From a bacterium (lineage in GTDB: Bacteria; Patescibacteriota; Minisyncoccia; UBA6257; Colwellbacteraceae): a DNA stretch of 64,000 nucleotides. The notes under the pieces were generated by a model that worked only from the letters and a program-made list of their open reading frames with translations, made no database searches and was not told the origin of the DNA. Positions 18,892-29,321 of the stretch are shown here, piece after piece (positions within the stretch are counted from its first letter, which is position 1; every line of letters begins with the position of its first letter). The DNA lies in assembly GCA_021787205.1 (NCBI GenBank), contig JAJYME010000007.1, forward strand, positions 10,334-74,333, written 5' to 3'. Both the position numbers and the translations under genes were made by a program.

Positions 18892-19080
18892 TTATTTCAT
18901 TTCATGCGGATGAGGTTTGTAGAAGCTGCAAGACCTTATATCGGCGATATTGATTTCGCCGTCAGTCGTTATCATCTTGCCACTCTTCTTGTCGAGGAAC
19001 TTGGTAACAATCATCTTTCCATCCCGGAGGATGATCCTGATCTTTGTCCCCTGCTTGAAACTGGTATGAGGCGTCCGCAT
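18892..19080 (-). CDS. Small hypothetical beta-rich protein, 62 aa
   Basis: ORF starts 3 nt after the upstream gene's stop and is followed by a hairpin terminator. Confidence 0.65.
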   Translation of the reverse strand: MRTPHTSFKQGTKIRIILRDGKMIVTKFLDKKSGKMITTDGEINIADIRSCSFYKPHPHEMK

Positions 19081-19083
19081 AAG

Positions 19084-19833
19084 CTATCTTTCGATCTTCT
19101 CCAAGAGCTCCTTGTAATCTTTTGAAGTGATGTACCAAGCTCCCGGTTTCAACGGGTTATTGAGATCGTCTATAACCAAGAAGATGATATACACAAGGGT
19201 GGCAACGGAAGCGGTAAAGACATAAGAAATCGGGATATTCTTGCCACTGATAAAGAGCGATAAGCCTATAAGGATCAAGGCCGCGAAGAAGAGGGTGAAT
19301 CTCAAGATATCAGGCACCCGGTGAGTGCTATATTTTATCCTGTCAGTCCTAGCCTGCAAGATGTCGGAAAAAATCGAGAAAGAGGTCGGAACCAAATCAG
19401 GATTAGTATCGAACATTTCGAAGATTGACCTTTCTATCTGGTTCAGAGCATCTTCGACCGCTTGGGAACGGATTCCTGATTCGCTCAAGTGCAACCCCTC
19501 ACGAATCATGAGATGGAGATATTTGACGACCCTGCCTTGGACCTTTTCCTTGATCGGATCAGGGAAATTATTTGCCCATCGATGAAGCCTGTCTAAAGCA
19601 TCAACCTCGCCTTTTACGGAATCCGCCAAATGATTCCACTGCCCCCACTGTTGGTTGATAACGAAGGCGGTGATCATACCATAGATAGAACCGGCCAATG
19701 AATAAAGCCATTGGGCGCCCCCCAAATCGGAGGCAAGGATTCTCATGGTGTAGAAATCACTGGTGCGAAAAAAATAATAGACGGCAGCGAAGCCGGCGAA
19801 AAATAATGAGATTTTAATAAAAAATTTAACCAT
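19084..19833 (-). CDS. DUF4239-like (bestrophin-like) membrane protein
   Basis: TM segments, Y....AF.I..W, R..RI, and a C-terminal I.DL.NP..G. Start set at ATG 19833. Confidence 0.75.
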   Translation of the reverse strand: MVKFFIKISLFFAGFAAVYYFFRTSDFYTMRILASDLGGAQWLYSLAGSIYGMITAFVINQQWGQWNHLADSVKGEVDALDRLHRWANNFPDPIKEKVQGRVVKYLHLMIREGLHLSESGIRSQAVEDALNQIERSIFEMFDTNPDLVPTSFSIFSDILQARTDRIKYSTHRVPDILRFTLFFAALILIGLSLFISGKNIPISYVFTASVATLVYIIFLVIDDLNNPLKPGAWYITSKDYKELLEKIER

Positions 19834-19981
19834 TAGACATAAAGAACTGAATTTATCTAAACTTTGCAAGAAAAATGGATTTGTATGACAATTATTATTT
19901 TATGTCAAGAAAGACATATAAACAAGTGGATAAAAATCCAAAAAATAAAAACACCCGTTTGCGGGTATTTTTATTTTAAAA

Positions 19982-20998
19982 TTATAAGTCGTTTGGCCTG
20001 TCGTAGAGATCGGCTTCGACGCGGGCAGCGATCCTAGCCATAGTCTCGACGGACTTCACGGGATATTTCCCGTTAGCCGATTCGTCTGAGAGCATGACGG
20101 CGTCAGCCCCATCAAAGACGGCGTTCGCAACATCATTGACTTCAGCCCTGGTCGGCTTGTCGTTCTCAACCATCGAAAGCAACATCTGGGTAGCAACGAT
20201 GGAAGCCTTTCCGTGCCAGGCAGCAAGGTTGATCATGTGCTTCTGGGCGATAGGAACTTCTTCCATGGGAAGCTCGATTCCTAAATCACCTCTTGCGATC
20301 ATGATCGCATCCGAAGCCTGGACGATGGCGTCGATATTTTTCAGGGCAACGGGGCGCTCGATCTTTGAAACGATCTTAATGTCGCTTCCGATCAAGCCGC
20401 GAAGCTGATTGACATCGTCGGCAGTCTGGACGAAAGACAAGGCGATATAGTCGACTCCCCCTTCCTGCTTGAGGAATTCGATGTCTGCCAAATCCTTCTC
20501 AGTCAAAGAAGAGGTGGTCAATTTGGTATTAGGGACATTGACCGCCTTTCTGGAAAAGAGAGTTCCGGGAAAAACAACCCTGGCGGTGATATCCTGACCG
20601 GAAACCTCGGTGATGACGAGCTCGATGGCTCCGTTTACGAGATATAAGGGATCACCGACCTTGACGTCGTTGTGGAGATAAGGGTCATTGATGAAAATGG
20701 CCTTTCCGTTCTCCTTGTTGGTGGAAAAGACGAAAACGTCGTTTTCGTTCATTTCGATTCCTTCGGCGGGTAATTCTCCGACGCGGAGGCGCGGACCTTG
20801 AAGATCTGCCAGGATTTTAACATCCTTGTTTTCTTCCTTGGCGATCTGTTGGATCGCTTCTTTCCTCTTCTTATACTCATCAAAAGTACAGTGAGAAAAA
20901 TTCATACGAAGAATATTAGCGCCAGCCTTGATTATTTCTCGGAGAACTTCCGGTGATTCCGATTTGGGACCGATTGTAGCTACTATTTTTGTTCTCAT
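19982..20998 (-). CDS. pyk: Pyruvate kinase (A+B domains, C-terminal domain absent)
   Basis: [40 protein letters not shown] and DAVMLS.ESA.GKYP. 338 aa. Confidence 0.93.
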   Translation of the reverse strand: MRTKIVATIGPKSESPEVLREIIKAGANILRMNFSHCTFDEYKKRKEAIQQIAKEENKDVKILADLQGPRLRVGELPAEGIEMNENDVFVFSTNKENGKAIFINDPYLHNDVKVGDPLYLVNGAIELVITEVSGQDITARVVFPGTLFSRKAVNVPNTKLTTSSLTEKDLADIEFLKQEGGVDYIALSFVQTADDVNQLRGLIGSDIKIVSKIERPVALKNIDAIVQASDAIMIARGDLGIELPMEEVPIAQKHMINLAAWHGKASIVATQMLLSMVENDKPTRAEVNDVANAVFDGADAVMLSDESANGKYPVKSVETMARIAARVEADLYDRPNDL

Positions 20999-21180
20999 GA
21001 TGATAAGAGATTACAATATCACAAAAACAAATATTTGGCAACATTCAGAATAAAAACTTGATGGTACAAGTCAAAATCAAAACAGCGGAGTTACCCGCTG
21101 TTTTACATGCTTACACAATAAAATCAATCTGTCCGACAATAACAAAAACCGGCTCTGATTATTGTTCTTATTTTTTGATT

Positions 21181-21330
21181 TTAAAACTTCGCCAAGCCCT
21201 GCCTGATGAGGCTCGCCACAACATCAAGCGCAATCGCCAAAGCGCTCAAAATAGCTTTAATCGCTGGTATAAGAGCCTTGGATGCCGCCTCAAAAGCGTT
21301 TGCCAGATCATTTATCAATTGATTCTGCAT
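21181..21330 (-). CDS. Small amphipathic helical protein, 49 aa (MQNQLINDLANAFEAASKALIPAIKAILSALAIALDVVASLIRQGLAKF), not in the ORF track
   Basis: Read by hand. TGCTATAAT extended -10 at 21343-21351, protein-like composition, and hairpins downstream. Confidence 0.6.
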   Translation of the reverse strand: MQNQLINDLANAFEAASKALIPAIKAILSALAIALDVVASLIRQGLAKF

Positions 21331-21359
21331 TTTATTGGTTTCATTATAGCATTTTCTTG

Positions 21360-22625
21360 CTACTTGGACAAATAATCGAGCGGGTTAACAGTGGAACCAA
21401 CAGGGACCTGCCCGGCGGCGCCGATGACTTTCAACTGGACACACTTGCTGTCTCCCGAAGTTCGGCTGACGGTGCGACAATAAGGTTGCTCAAAATAAAC
21501 GCCAAAGTGGAGATGGGCGCCGGTTGAATAGCCGGTATTGCCCGAATAACCGATCAGCTGGCCGGCGACCACTCTCTGCCCGGCAGAAACGGATTGTGAA
21601 GACAAATGCCCGTAGATGGTCACCAAATTATTCTCGTGCTCAATCAGGACATACTTTCCATACTGATACCTGCCATTGTTGCCAGCAGCGACTACCTTTC
21701 CATCCTGAGCGGCATAAACCGGCGTCCCGATGGGAACACCAAAGTCCATTCCGTTGTGGAAGCCAGTCGAATAAAGTTTGGAGGCGGAAGCGGAGGATCC
21801 GTAGTTCTGGGTGATCTTGTAAGATTTCACCGGATAGCTCATCTTAGTCGATACCTTAGGAGCGGCGCCAGCGGCAGCCCTGATTTCCTTTTCCAAATCA
21901 TCTATCTCATCAGAGATGCTCTGCTGTTTCTTTTCCAGCTCAGACAATTGCTTCTCATAAACGGCTTGCTGGTTTTTGTTGTAGCCCAAAAGTTTCTTAT
22001 ATTCAGTCTTCTGCTCCTCAACCGCTGACTTCCTGATCTTCAGGGAGCCGCTTTCGGCTGCCATGTCGTCCTTCTTTTCCCTGCTTAATTGGATATTGCC
22101 GTCTATCTCTTGGGACAAATCCCTAAGGTTCTTTATCTCATCATTCAAGCCGGTCTGGATTCTCATTAAGCTATCCATCTCGATGACAGCGTCGGAAAGG
22201 GACCGGCCAGACAAGACCATTTCCAAGAAGTTGCTTTGCTCCTTCCTGTCGAGTTGCTTGATCATTGAGGCGATCAGAGCCCTCTTCTCCTTAATTTTGT
22301 CCTGAGCGGCCTGCAAATCGTTACTCAACCCCTCAAGCTCGACATTAAGCTTTTCGATCTTGATCTCGTTGGAACGAATTCCGAGATCCAAGGTCTTGAT
22401 GCTATACTCCCTTGTTTTAATCTCGCTTGATATAGTCTTGTTTTGCTGACTGATGGTGTTTAAGGCATCTTGCTTTTCTTTCATCTGGCTATTAACAACT
22501 TCAAGCTGCTCAGCCAAGGCATCCGCCTTTTGCTTCAGTTCTTGATTTGATGCATGAACGGGAAGCCAAAAAACGGAGAAAAGCACGGCAAATGAGATGA
22601 CTTTCGCGGATTTTTTAAAACTCAT
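21360..22625 (-). CDS. M23 peptidase with long coiled coil (EnvC/murein hydrolase-like), secreted
   Basis: Signal peptide, coiled coil, HNGMD, Y.HL and STGAHLHF motifs. Confidence 0.92.
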   Translation of the reverse strand: MSFKKSAKVISFAVLFSVFWLPVHASNQELKQKADALAEQLEVVNSQMKEKQDALNTISQQNKTISSEIKTREYSIKTLDLGIRSNEIKIEKLNVELEGLSNDLQAAQDKIKEKRALIASMIKQLDRKEQSNFLEMVLSGRSLSDAVIEMDSLMRIQTGLNDEIKNLRDLSQEIDGNIQLSREKKDDMAAESGSLKIRKSAVEEQKTEYKKLLGYNKNQQAVYEKQLSELEKKQQSISDEIDDLEKEIRAAAGAAPKVSTKMSYPVKSYKITQNYGSSASASKLYSTGFHNGMDFGVPIGTPVYAAQDGKVVAAGNNGRYQYGKYVLIEHENNLVTIYGHLSSQSVSAGQRVVAGQLIGYSGNTGYSTGAHLHFGVYFEQPYCRTVSRTSGDSKCVQLKVIGAAGQVPVGSTVNPLDYLSK

Positions 22626-22631
22626 AGATTA

Positions 22632-24020
22632 TTATAATTTCTCTATTCCCAATCTTATTCTTCTTAACGTCTCCTCTTTTGAAAGACCGGCGATGATTTC
22701 GAACGGGCTGGGTGAGACTCTTTTTCCCGACAAGGCGACGCGAAGAGGCCAGAGCCACTCGCCCTTTTTATCGGAGGGAACGATACCGTTGATTTCCTCG
22801 ATGGCAGTTTTTGAAAATCCGCTTTCCGGCAGAGCCGAGATCTTTTCCAAAACCGCTTCCAGGTTCTCTTTGGCCGTCTTCGTCTCTTTCCAATACAGGT
22901 CATCCGCGGCATATTCAGGCAACTCAAAGAAGAACGAAATCATTTCCTTAAGATCGCTTAACTTATCAAGCCTTGACCTCACAGACGCCATTATCTCCTG
23001 GGTGAGACTCCATTCCGAAGGAACGAATTCCCTAGCCCTCTCTGTCAGTTCTTCAAGCGAAAGGACGTTGGCGATATAGTGGCGGTTAAACCAGTTCAAT
23101 TTGTCCATATCAAAGACCGCTCCGGCTTTTTGGATCCTTTCGAATTCGAAGGCGCCAATAATCGAATCCATAGTCTCAAAGACTTCGGTCTCATCCTTGG
23201 GGTGCCATCCTAAAAGAACGATGAAGTTCCTTAAGGCTTCCGGCAAAAAACCAAGCTTCTTGTACTCGATGACGCTCGCGGCACCATCCCTCTTGGATAA
23301 CTTCTTCTTATCCTTATTCAAAACTTGGGAAAGATGGGCGATCTCGGGGGCTTCCCAACCGAGCATTCTGAAAAGAACCAGATGTTTCGGAGTCGAAGAA
23401 AGCCACTCTTCAGCGCGGATAATATGGGAGATCTCCATTAAATGGTCGTCGATAACCGTCGCTAAGTGATAGGTGGGAAAACCGTCGGATTTGATCAAGA
23501 CCTGATCGTCGATGAGAGAGGAATCAAACTCGATATCTCCTCTTATCAAATCATGAAACTTGATTATTTCTCCCTTCGGCATCTTCATGCGGATGACATA
23601 TTCACCCTCTTTGACGTCTTCAAGCCTGATATTACTCTCGCGACATCTTCCGGAATACATCGGCGGCAGCTTGTTTGCAACCTGCTCTTCCTTATCCTTT
23701 TCAAGTTGCTCCTTGGAACAAGTGCAAATATAAGCATCCCCCTGATCAAGGAGTTGCTTGGCGTACTTGTGATAAAGCTCCTTTCTTTCTGATTGGACAA
23801 CCAAGTTATCCAAATTGTCAGGAACGATTCCCAACCAATTCAAAGATTCAATGATCCTTTCAACCGATCCCTCAACATATCTCTCCCTGTCAGTATCATC
23901 AATCCTCAACAAAAAATCACCTCCTTTGCTCTTGGCAAAAAGGTAGACAAAAAGGGCTGATCTGACGCCTCCAATATGCAATTCACCAGTAGGACTCGGG
24001 GCAAATCTCGTCTTAATCAT
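22632..24020 (-). CDS. gltX: Glutamate--tRNA ligase
   Basis: RFAPSPTG.LHIGG, LRIDDTD and KLSKR motifs. Start set at ATG 24020. Confidence 0.97.
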   Translation of the reverse strand: MIKTRFAPSPTGELHIGGVRSALFVYLFAKSKGGDFLLRIDDTDRERYVEGSVERIIESLNWLGIVPDNLDNLVVQSERKELYHKYAKQLLDQGDAYICTCSKEQLEKDKEEQVANKLPPMYSGRCRESNIRLEDVKEGEYVIRMKMPKGEIIKFHDLIRGDIEFDSSLIDDQVLIKSDGFPTYHLATVIDDHLMEISHIIRAEEWLSSTPKHLVLFRMLGWEAPEIAHLSQVLNKDKKKLSKRDGAASVIEYKKLGFLPEALRNFIVLLGWHPKDETEVFETMDSIIGAFEFERIQKAGAVFDMDKLNWFNRHYIANVLSLEELTERAREFVPSEWSLTQEIMASVRSRLDKLSDLKEMISFFFELPEYAADDLYWKETKTAKENLEAVLEKISALPESGFSKTAIEEINGIVPSDKKGEWLWPLRVALSGKRVSPSPFEIIAGLSKEETLRRIRLGIEKL

Positions 24021-24062
24021 ACCTGGACATAATAACACAAAAACCCCTTATTTTGAAGGGGT

Positions 24063-25208
24063 TTAGTGATTAGTGACATATTCAAGAATAGAAACGGCGA
24101 TTTTTTGCGAAGCATCGGCTTTCGCAAAACCAAGAGCCGCTTTCTCCATCATCTCCTTCTTATTCGGATTCAAACAACTAAGAACGGTCTTGATGAACAA
24201 AGGGACGCTTATCTCATTCTCCTCCAGGGTGACGGCGGCGCCGGTAGCTGAATAAACATCGGCGTTTATCTTCTGGTGGTTGGAGGCCGCCTCAGGAAGC
24301 GGGATCAGGATCGAAGCCCGACCAAAAGCGGCAAACTCAAAGATACTGCCACCAGAGCGGGAAACGATCACATCGGCGGCTGAGAGGACATCGCCAAGCT
24401 CATTGCCGATAAAATCGGTAGGATGGTAGCCGGCCGCATACATCTCCTCATCGCTCTTAAAGAAATTGCCAAGAGATTGGGCGATTTCAGCAAAGTTCTT
24501 CTCTCCGGTCTGATGAAAGATCTGGATATCATGCTCGATCAGCTCTTTCATTGAAGCGAGAATAAGATTATTGATCCTTTGGGATCCTTGCGAACCTCCC
24601 ATAACCACCATGAGCGGCCTGTTGGGATCGAGTCCGAGGTTGGATTTTGCCGATTCGCGGTCTTTTATCTCATTCAACAACGCCGGCCTGATCGGGTTCC
24701 CGACAACGGAAGTAAAGCCCTGGACCTTCGGAGGCAAACTTTCGATTGCTTTTTCAAACGAAAGGAAGATCAATTCCGCGTACTTGGAAGTGAATTTAGT
24801 GGTAGTCGAAGCGACAGAATCGGATTCATGGATAAAAACCGGGATCCGGTAGAGACTGGCTGCCAAGACGACGGCGACACTCCCGGAACCGCCTTTAGAA
24901 AAGACGGCGTCGGGCATAAACCAGAAGAGGTGCCATAAAGCCTGGAGATAACCGAGGATAAGTTTAGGACCCTCAAAAAAATTTTGCATTGAGGCGTATC
25001 GCCTGACCTTCGCTCCAGAGATTTCGGTGATTTCAACGTCCTGATCTCTCAGAGACTGATCGAAGCCGCCAGAGGAACCGATAAACTTCAGGTTTACTTC
25101 AAGATTGTTCTCGGAAGCGGTCTTCTTCAATTCGTGAGCTACGGCAGCTAAAGGATTGATGTGTCCTCCAGTTCCACCACCGGTTAAAACTATTCTAATA
25201 TCATGCAT
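24063..25208 (-). CDS. murG: Undecaprenyl-PP-MurNAc-pentapeptide GlcNAc transferase
   Basis: TGGGTGGHI.P, HESD, GNPIR, GGSQGS and HQ..NA motifs. Confidence 0.96.
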   Translation of the reverse strand: MHDIRIVLTGGGTGGHINPLAAVAHELKKTASENNLEVNLKFIGSSGGFDQSLRDQDVEITEISGAKVRRYASMQNFFEGPKLILGYLQALWHLFWFMPDAVFSKGGSGSVAVVLAASLYRIPVFIHESDSVASTTTKFTSKYAELIFLSFEKAIESLPPKVQGFTSVVGNPIRPALLNEIKDRESAKSNLGLDPNRPLMVVMGGSQGSQRINNLILASMKELIEHDIQIFHQTGEKNFAEIAQSLGNFFKSDEEMYAAGYHPTDFIGNELGDVLSAADVIVSRSGGSIFEFAAFGRASILIPLPEAASNHQKINADVYSATGAAVTLEENEISVPLFIKTVLSCLNPNKKEMMEKAALGFAKADASQKIAVSILEYVTNH

Positions 25209-26289
25209 TTTTCAAAAAATTTATCAGCAAACCTATACTTGCTATTGCGATGATTATAGCAGTTCCGCCATAACTTACAAACGGCAAAGGAACCCCAGTC
25301 AGAGGCATCGCGCCTGAGATAGCGGCAATATTCATGAGGCTTTGAAGGCCGATAATCGAAGACAAACCGATGATACCCAGCTTTCCAAACTCAGTTTTCG
25401 CATCAAGCGATCCTAAGAAGCCGGCCATCACGATAACGGCATAGAGGGAGATGAACAGCATCGAACCGACAAAGCCAAATTCCTCGGCCATAACCGCAAA
25501 AATAGAATCGTTTTCAACCGCGGGCAACCTGTTCTTGACGGTCGACTGGCCGTAGCCAACGCCGAAGGTCCCGCCCGAAATAATCGCTTTTTCCGCCTGG
25601 ACGGAATGATAACTCTTCCCTCTGACGTCGTTATTGGCTCCCTTGAAGACGGCGATGCGATCCGATCGGTAACCGTTCATAAGAAAACTTCCGGCGATAG
25701 CCACCAAACCCAAGATTACAAAAATGAATTTCCAATTCATTCCATGGACAAAGTACATGATACAGGCGGCGCCCATAACGATGACAATCATACTGGTCGT
25801 AGGCTGAAGATAAAGCAAGACTGAGATCAAGCCGGCGGCTCCGAGAAAAGGAATGAAGCCCTGTTTCCAATCATTCTTGGTATCAAGCTTCTTATTCGAA
25901 AGAAAGGCGGCCATGGCAAGAATAAAAGTAATCTTCAAAGTTTCTGAAGGTTGGAAGTGGAACCCGCCGATTTCAAGCCAACGACTGGCGGTGCCATAAC
26001 CTCCGGCCAAAGGGGTGAAGATCATAATCAAAAGAATGGCGCTGATGATGAGAAAGACGTAGGAAAACTTTTTTATCCATTTGACCGGGGCAAACCTGGC
26101 CGCCAGAAAGGCAATCAAGCCCAAGCCGATGTTCTTCATCTGCTGAAGAATGAAAAAATAGGAATAATCATATTTTTTCATGCTCGCCATTGATGAAGCG
26201 CTTGAGAGGATTGCCAACCCGACGATAATCAGGACTCCGGCCGCTATCAAGATTATTACGTCCGCTTTTTTTCTTATCGTGTTAAACAT
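25201..26289 (-). CDS. ftsW: SEDS family peptidoglycan polymerase FtsW
   Basis: RW....F.FQPSE..K, G.G.GQS..K, D.IFAV.AEE.G and P.TGVPLPFVSYGG. Lies upstream of murG. Confidence 0.92.
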   Translation of the reverse strand: MFNTIRKKADVIILIAAGVLIIVGLAILSSASSMASMKKYDYSYFFILQQMKNIGLGLIAFLAARFAPVKWIKKFSYVFLIISAILLIMIFTPLAGGYGTASRWLEIGGFHFQPSETLKITFILAMAAFLSNKKLDTKNDWKQGFIPFLGAAGLISVLLYLQPTTSMIVIVMGAACIMYFVHGMNWKFIFVILGLVAIAGSFLMNGYRSDRIAVFKGANNDVRGKSYHSVQAEKAIISGGTFGVGYGQSTVKNRLPAVENDSIFAVMAEEFGFVGSMLFISLYAVIVMAGFLGSLDAKTEFGKLGIIGLSSIIGLQSLMNIAAISGAMPLTGVPLPFVSYGGTAIIIAIASIGLLINFLKNA

Positions 26290-27721
26290 TTCTTAAGACT
26301 TTTCCGTTTTTCTCGCCCGTTATTGCGCCGTCAGTCACCGAGTGGGCTCCCGAAACAAAGCAATCCCTGACCTTGTCGCCGCTCATGATTACCAGATCGG
26401 CAACATGACCGGTTTTTATCTCTCCCCTTTTATCGAGACCCAACGCTTTGGCTGGAACAGCGGAGAGTTTGTGATAGATGCTGGCGGTATCGAGCTTCAA
26501 CTCCCTGCCAATCTTTATAAACTCAGAAACCGATAATCTTAAGCGATCGTGGACCGGAGAAAGCTTCGCCATCGGGTCCCAATGACCTTCGACAAAAGCA
26601 TTATCCTGAACCAGCAACTCTTTTATCGTTCCAATATCGTTTATTGCGGCAAAAAAGCTCATCTTGCCCTTGGAAATGTCAAAGAGCCTTAATATCCCCT
26701 CCTCCGCAGAAATGAGGCGATTGCCGGCAAATTCACTCAAGCTCTTACCCAAAAGGAACTTGTACTGGGAAGGAGCATTGGCGATAAAAATCTTATCCGA
26801 AGGGACCTTAGCCAAGAATTTCGAGACGGTGTTCCTGATTCTTTTGCCATCCATTTTTTCAATAAATTCCAAGGTCCTGTATTTGAACAACTGGGAACCG
26901 AAAATATCCGCAAAGGTAATCTCCGCCTCAGGAAAAGGATTGACCGAAAAATAGCGTGGAAATTGTCTGATTTCTGATATCGCCTTCAATATCTTCTCGA
27001 CGCTCTTGCTGCCATAAAAGAAAGAATTGGAAAAGACAATCCCTTTCAGCGACTTATTTTTCAACTCATCGAGAATGGCGACATTGTCTTCCAGCAGCAA
27101 AGAAGAGATCCATAAAGAACTTTCCTTGAGAGAGTCGGCCAAATCAGGAAACTCCTTAAGGGAGAATTCGTCGGTGAGAAACGATAACCCAAAAGAGCCT
27201 TCCTTGAGGCTTTTGGAAAAGATGTGTCTTAAGACATCCATTTCTTTCCCGGCTAATTCCCTATATTCGCCAGTTATCGTCCGTCTCATGGTCGAATAAC
27301 CGGAAACTGAGGCCAGGTTAATACCCGGACCGACTACGGACATAGCGGAAAGAAATTCACCGGTAGATCTCCAGTCGGCGTTATCCCTTCCGTCAGAGTG
27401 CCAAGGGTAAATCGAATCCAGCTCACCATAATTTGTCGGGGCAACCGAAAAACCGGAGCAACCCAAAACACCGGTCGTAATTCCGGATAAAAGAAGCTCT
27501 TCCCTTAGCGGGTCATCAAAGAGCGTCATATGCTTGTCAGACGAGATGGGGACAATAAAACCCGGGACCACAAAACAGCCGCTCGCATCTATCGTCTTCT
27601 CGGCTTTATATGAAGAAAAATCGCCGACTCCGGCGATACCCTCTCCTGAAATCAGAACATCGGCGCGCCTTACTGTCTTATTAGCGTTTATAACTTCGCC
27701 ACCTTTGATTAGAACGCTCAT
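26282..27721 (-). CDS. Amidohydrolase-family (D-aminoacylase-like) protein, metal ligands apparently lost
   Basis: IDASG..V.PGFI, GITT...G..G.S.AP and PAK.LGL..RG.I..G..ADLV. The canonical DxHxH is replaced by VPISS. Confidence 0.75.
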   Translation of the reverse strand: MSVLIKGGEVINANKTVRRADVLISGEGIAGVGDFSSYKAEKTIDASGCFVVPGFIVPISSDKHMTLFDDPLREELLLSGITTGVLGCSGFSVAPTNYGELDSIYPWHSDGRDNADWRSTGEFLSAMSVVGPGINLASVSGYSTMRRTITGEYRELAGKEMDVLRHIFSKSLKEGSFGLSFLTDEFSLKEFPDLADSLKESSLWISSLLLEDNVAILDELKNKSLKGIVFSNSFFYGSKSVEKILKAISEIRQFPRYFSVNPFPEAEITFADIFGSQLFKYRTLEFIEKMDGKRIRNTVSKFLAKVPSDKIFIANAPSQYKFLLGKSLSEFAGNRLISAEEGILRLFDISKGKMSFFAAINDIGTIKELLVQDNAFVEGHWDPMAKLSPVHDRLRLSVSEFIKIGRELKLDTASIYHKLSAVPAKALGLDKRGEIKTGHVADLVIMSGDKVRDCFVSGAHSVTDGAITGEKNGKVLRNV

Positions 27722-27803
27722 TAATTAATTATAGCCTATCTTGAATAGTTTGTGACTGTGAATAACCAGACAAAAACAGCGCTTTTGGCGCTGTTTTGAG
27801 ATT

Positions 27804-29312
27804 TTAAACCAAAGAATTACCAGTCATCTCCGCAGGAATGTCGATATTCATAAGTTTCAAGACAGTGGGAGCCACATCGGAGAGTCCTCCTTCCTCCTTA
27901 TTCAGCTTATCAAATCCGGAGGCAATCAAGATGAGAGGAACGGGATTCGTAGTATGTGAGGTGGTTATCTGATTAGTAAACTCATCAAACTTTTCCTCAG
28001 CATTGCCGTGGTCGGCGGTTATCAAGACATCCCAACCGTTATCTTTGGCGGTCTGGACAATGATACCCAACGCCTCATCGACGGTTTCGACCGCCGACAC
28101 GATCGCATCGTAAACGCCGGTGTGCCCGACAATATCACAATTGACGATGTTGGCGGCGATAAAACCGACTTCATCTTTTTCTATCGCCTGCTTTATCCCT
28201 GAAGCGATATCCATCGCTTTCATTTCCGGTTTTTTGTCGTGGGTTGCCACGTCCTTATTCGATGGAATCATAATTCTCTCCTCTCCGGGATCCGGCTCAT
28301 TCCTCTGGGCGTTGAAGAAGAAAGTAAGGTGGGTGAACTTTTCCGTTTCGGTAATCCTCAGCTGTCTTATCCCTTTGCCGGAGATAACCTCGGACAAGGT
28401 GTTTTCGATTTTTTCCGGAGGGAAAATAACCGGAACCTCGATGTCGTCTGCGTATTTTGTCATCGCGACAAAATGGAGATTGGGAATCGCCTCCTTCAGA
28501 ATCCTCCTGGTGAGCTCGTTGGCGCGATCAGCCCGGAAGTTTGCAAAGACAACGGCGTCGTTCTCGGAAATGACGGTCGGGTTATCGCCAGTACCGATAG
28601 TGACGGGGGTGATGAACTCATCAGTGATGTCATTATCGTAGGAATCAGCGATGGCTTTTACCGGATCTTCATACATAACCCCCTGGCCGTATCTTATGGC
28701 GGCGAAAGCCTTTTCTATCCTGTCATGATTGTTGTCGCGATCCATGCCCCAATATCTGCCGCCAACGGTGGCAATTATCCCAAGCTCATTATCATCGACA
28801 AAATCCCTGAACTCATTCATAAAGCCTAAAGCGCTTTTCGGGAGAGTGTCCCGGCCGTCCGTAAACAAGTGGAAGACGATCTTATCGACTCCATGCTTTT
28901 TGGCGGTCTGAGCAATCGCCTTCAAGTGATTGGTGTGAGCGTGGACTCCTCCGGGACCCAAAAGACCGATGATATGAAAGTTAGAATTGTTGGATTTGGC
29001 GTGATCTACCGCTTCCAGCAACGATTTATTCTTTTGAAATTCGCCTTCTCTGATCGAGCGGTTTATCTTTAAAAGATTCTGATAGATGATCCTTCCCGAA
29101 CCCAAGATCAGGTGGTTGGCTTCTGATGTTCCCATCTGCCCCATCGGCAGACCGATAGCCTCTCCGCCGGCTTGCAAAAGCATGTGGGGATATTCCTTAT
29201 AAAATTTATCCAAATTGGGCGTTCTGGCAGACCTGATGGCGTTGAACTCCCCTTTTGGGGAATAGCCCATACCATCGCAGATGACCAAAACGACTTTATT
29301 TTTGCGATTCAT
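27804..29312 (-). CDS. gpmI: 2,3-bisphosphoglycerate-independent phosphoglycerate mutase
   Basis: GLP.GQMG.SE..H, DGRD, MDRD, NFR.DRA, TADHGNAE and HTTNPVP motifs. Confidence 0.97.
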   Translation of the reverse strand: MNRKNKVVLVICDGMGYSPKGEFNAIRSARTPNLDKFYKEYPHMLLQAGGEAIGLPMGQMGTSEANHLILGSGRIIYQNLLKINRSIREGEFQKNKSLLEAVDHAKSNNSNFHIIGLLGPGGVHAHTNHLKAIAQTAKKHGVDKIVFHLFTDGRDTLPKSALGFMNEFRDFVDDNELGIIATVGGRYWGMDRDNNHDRIEKAFAAIRYGQGVMYEDPVKAIADSYDNDITDEFITPVTIGTGDNPTVISENDAVVFANFRADRANELTRRILKEAIPNLHFVAMTKYADDIEVPVIFPPEKIENTLSEVISGKGIRQLRITETEKFTHLTFFFNAQRNEPDPGEERIMIPSNKDVATHDKKPEMKAMDIASGIKQAIEKDEVGFIAANIVNCDIVGHTGVYDAIVSAVETVDEALGIIVQTAKDNGWDVLITADHGNAEEKFDEFTNQITTSHTTNPVPLILIASGFDKLNKEEGGLSDVAPTVLKLMNIDIPAEMTGNSLV

Positions 29313-29321
29313 AATAAAAAA

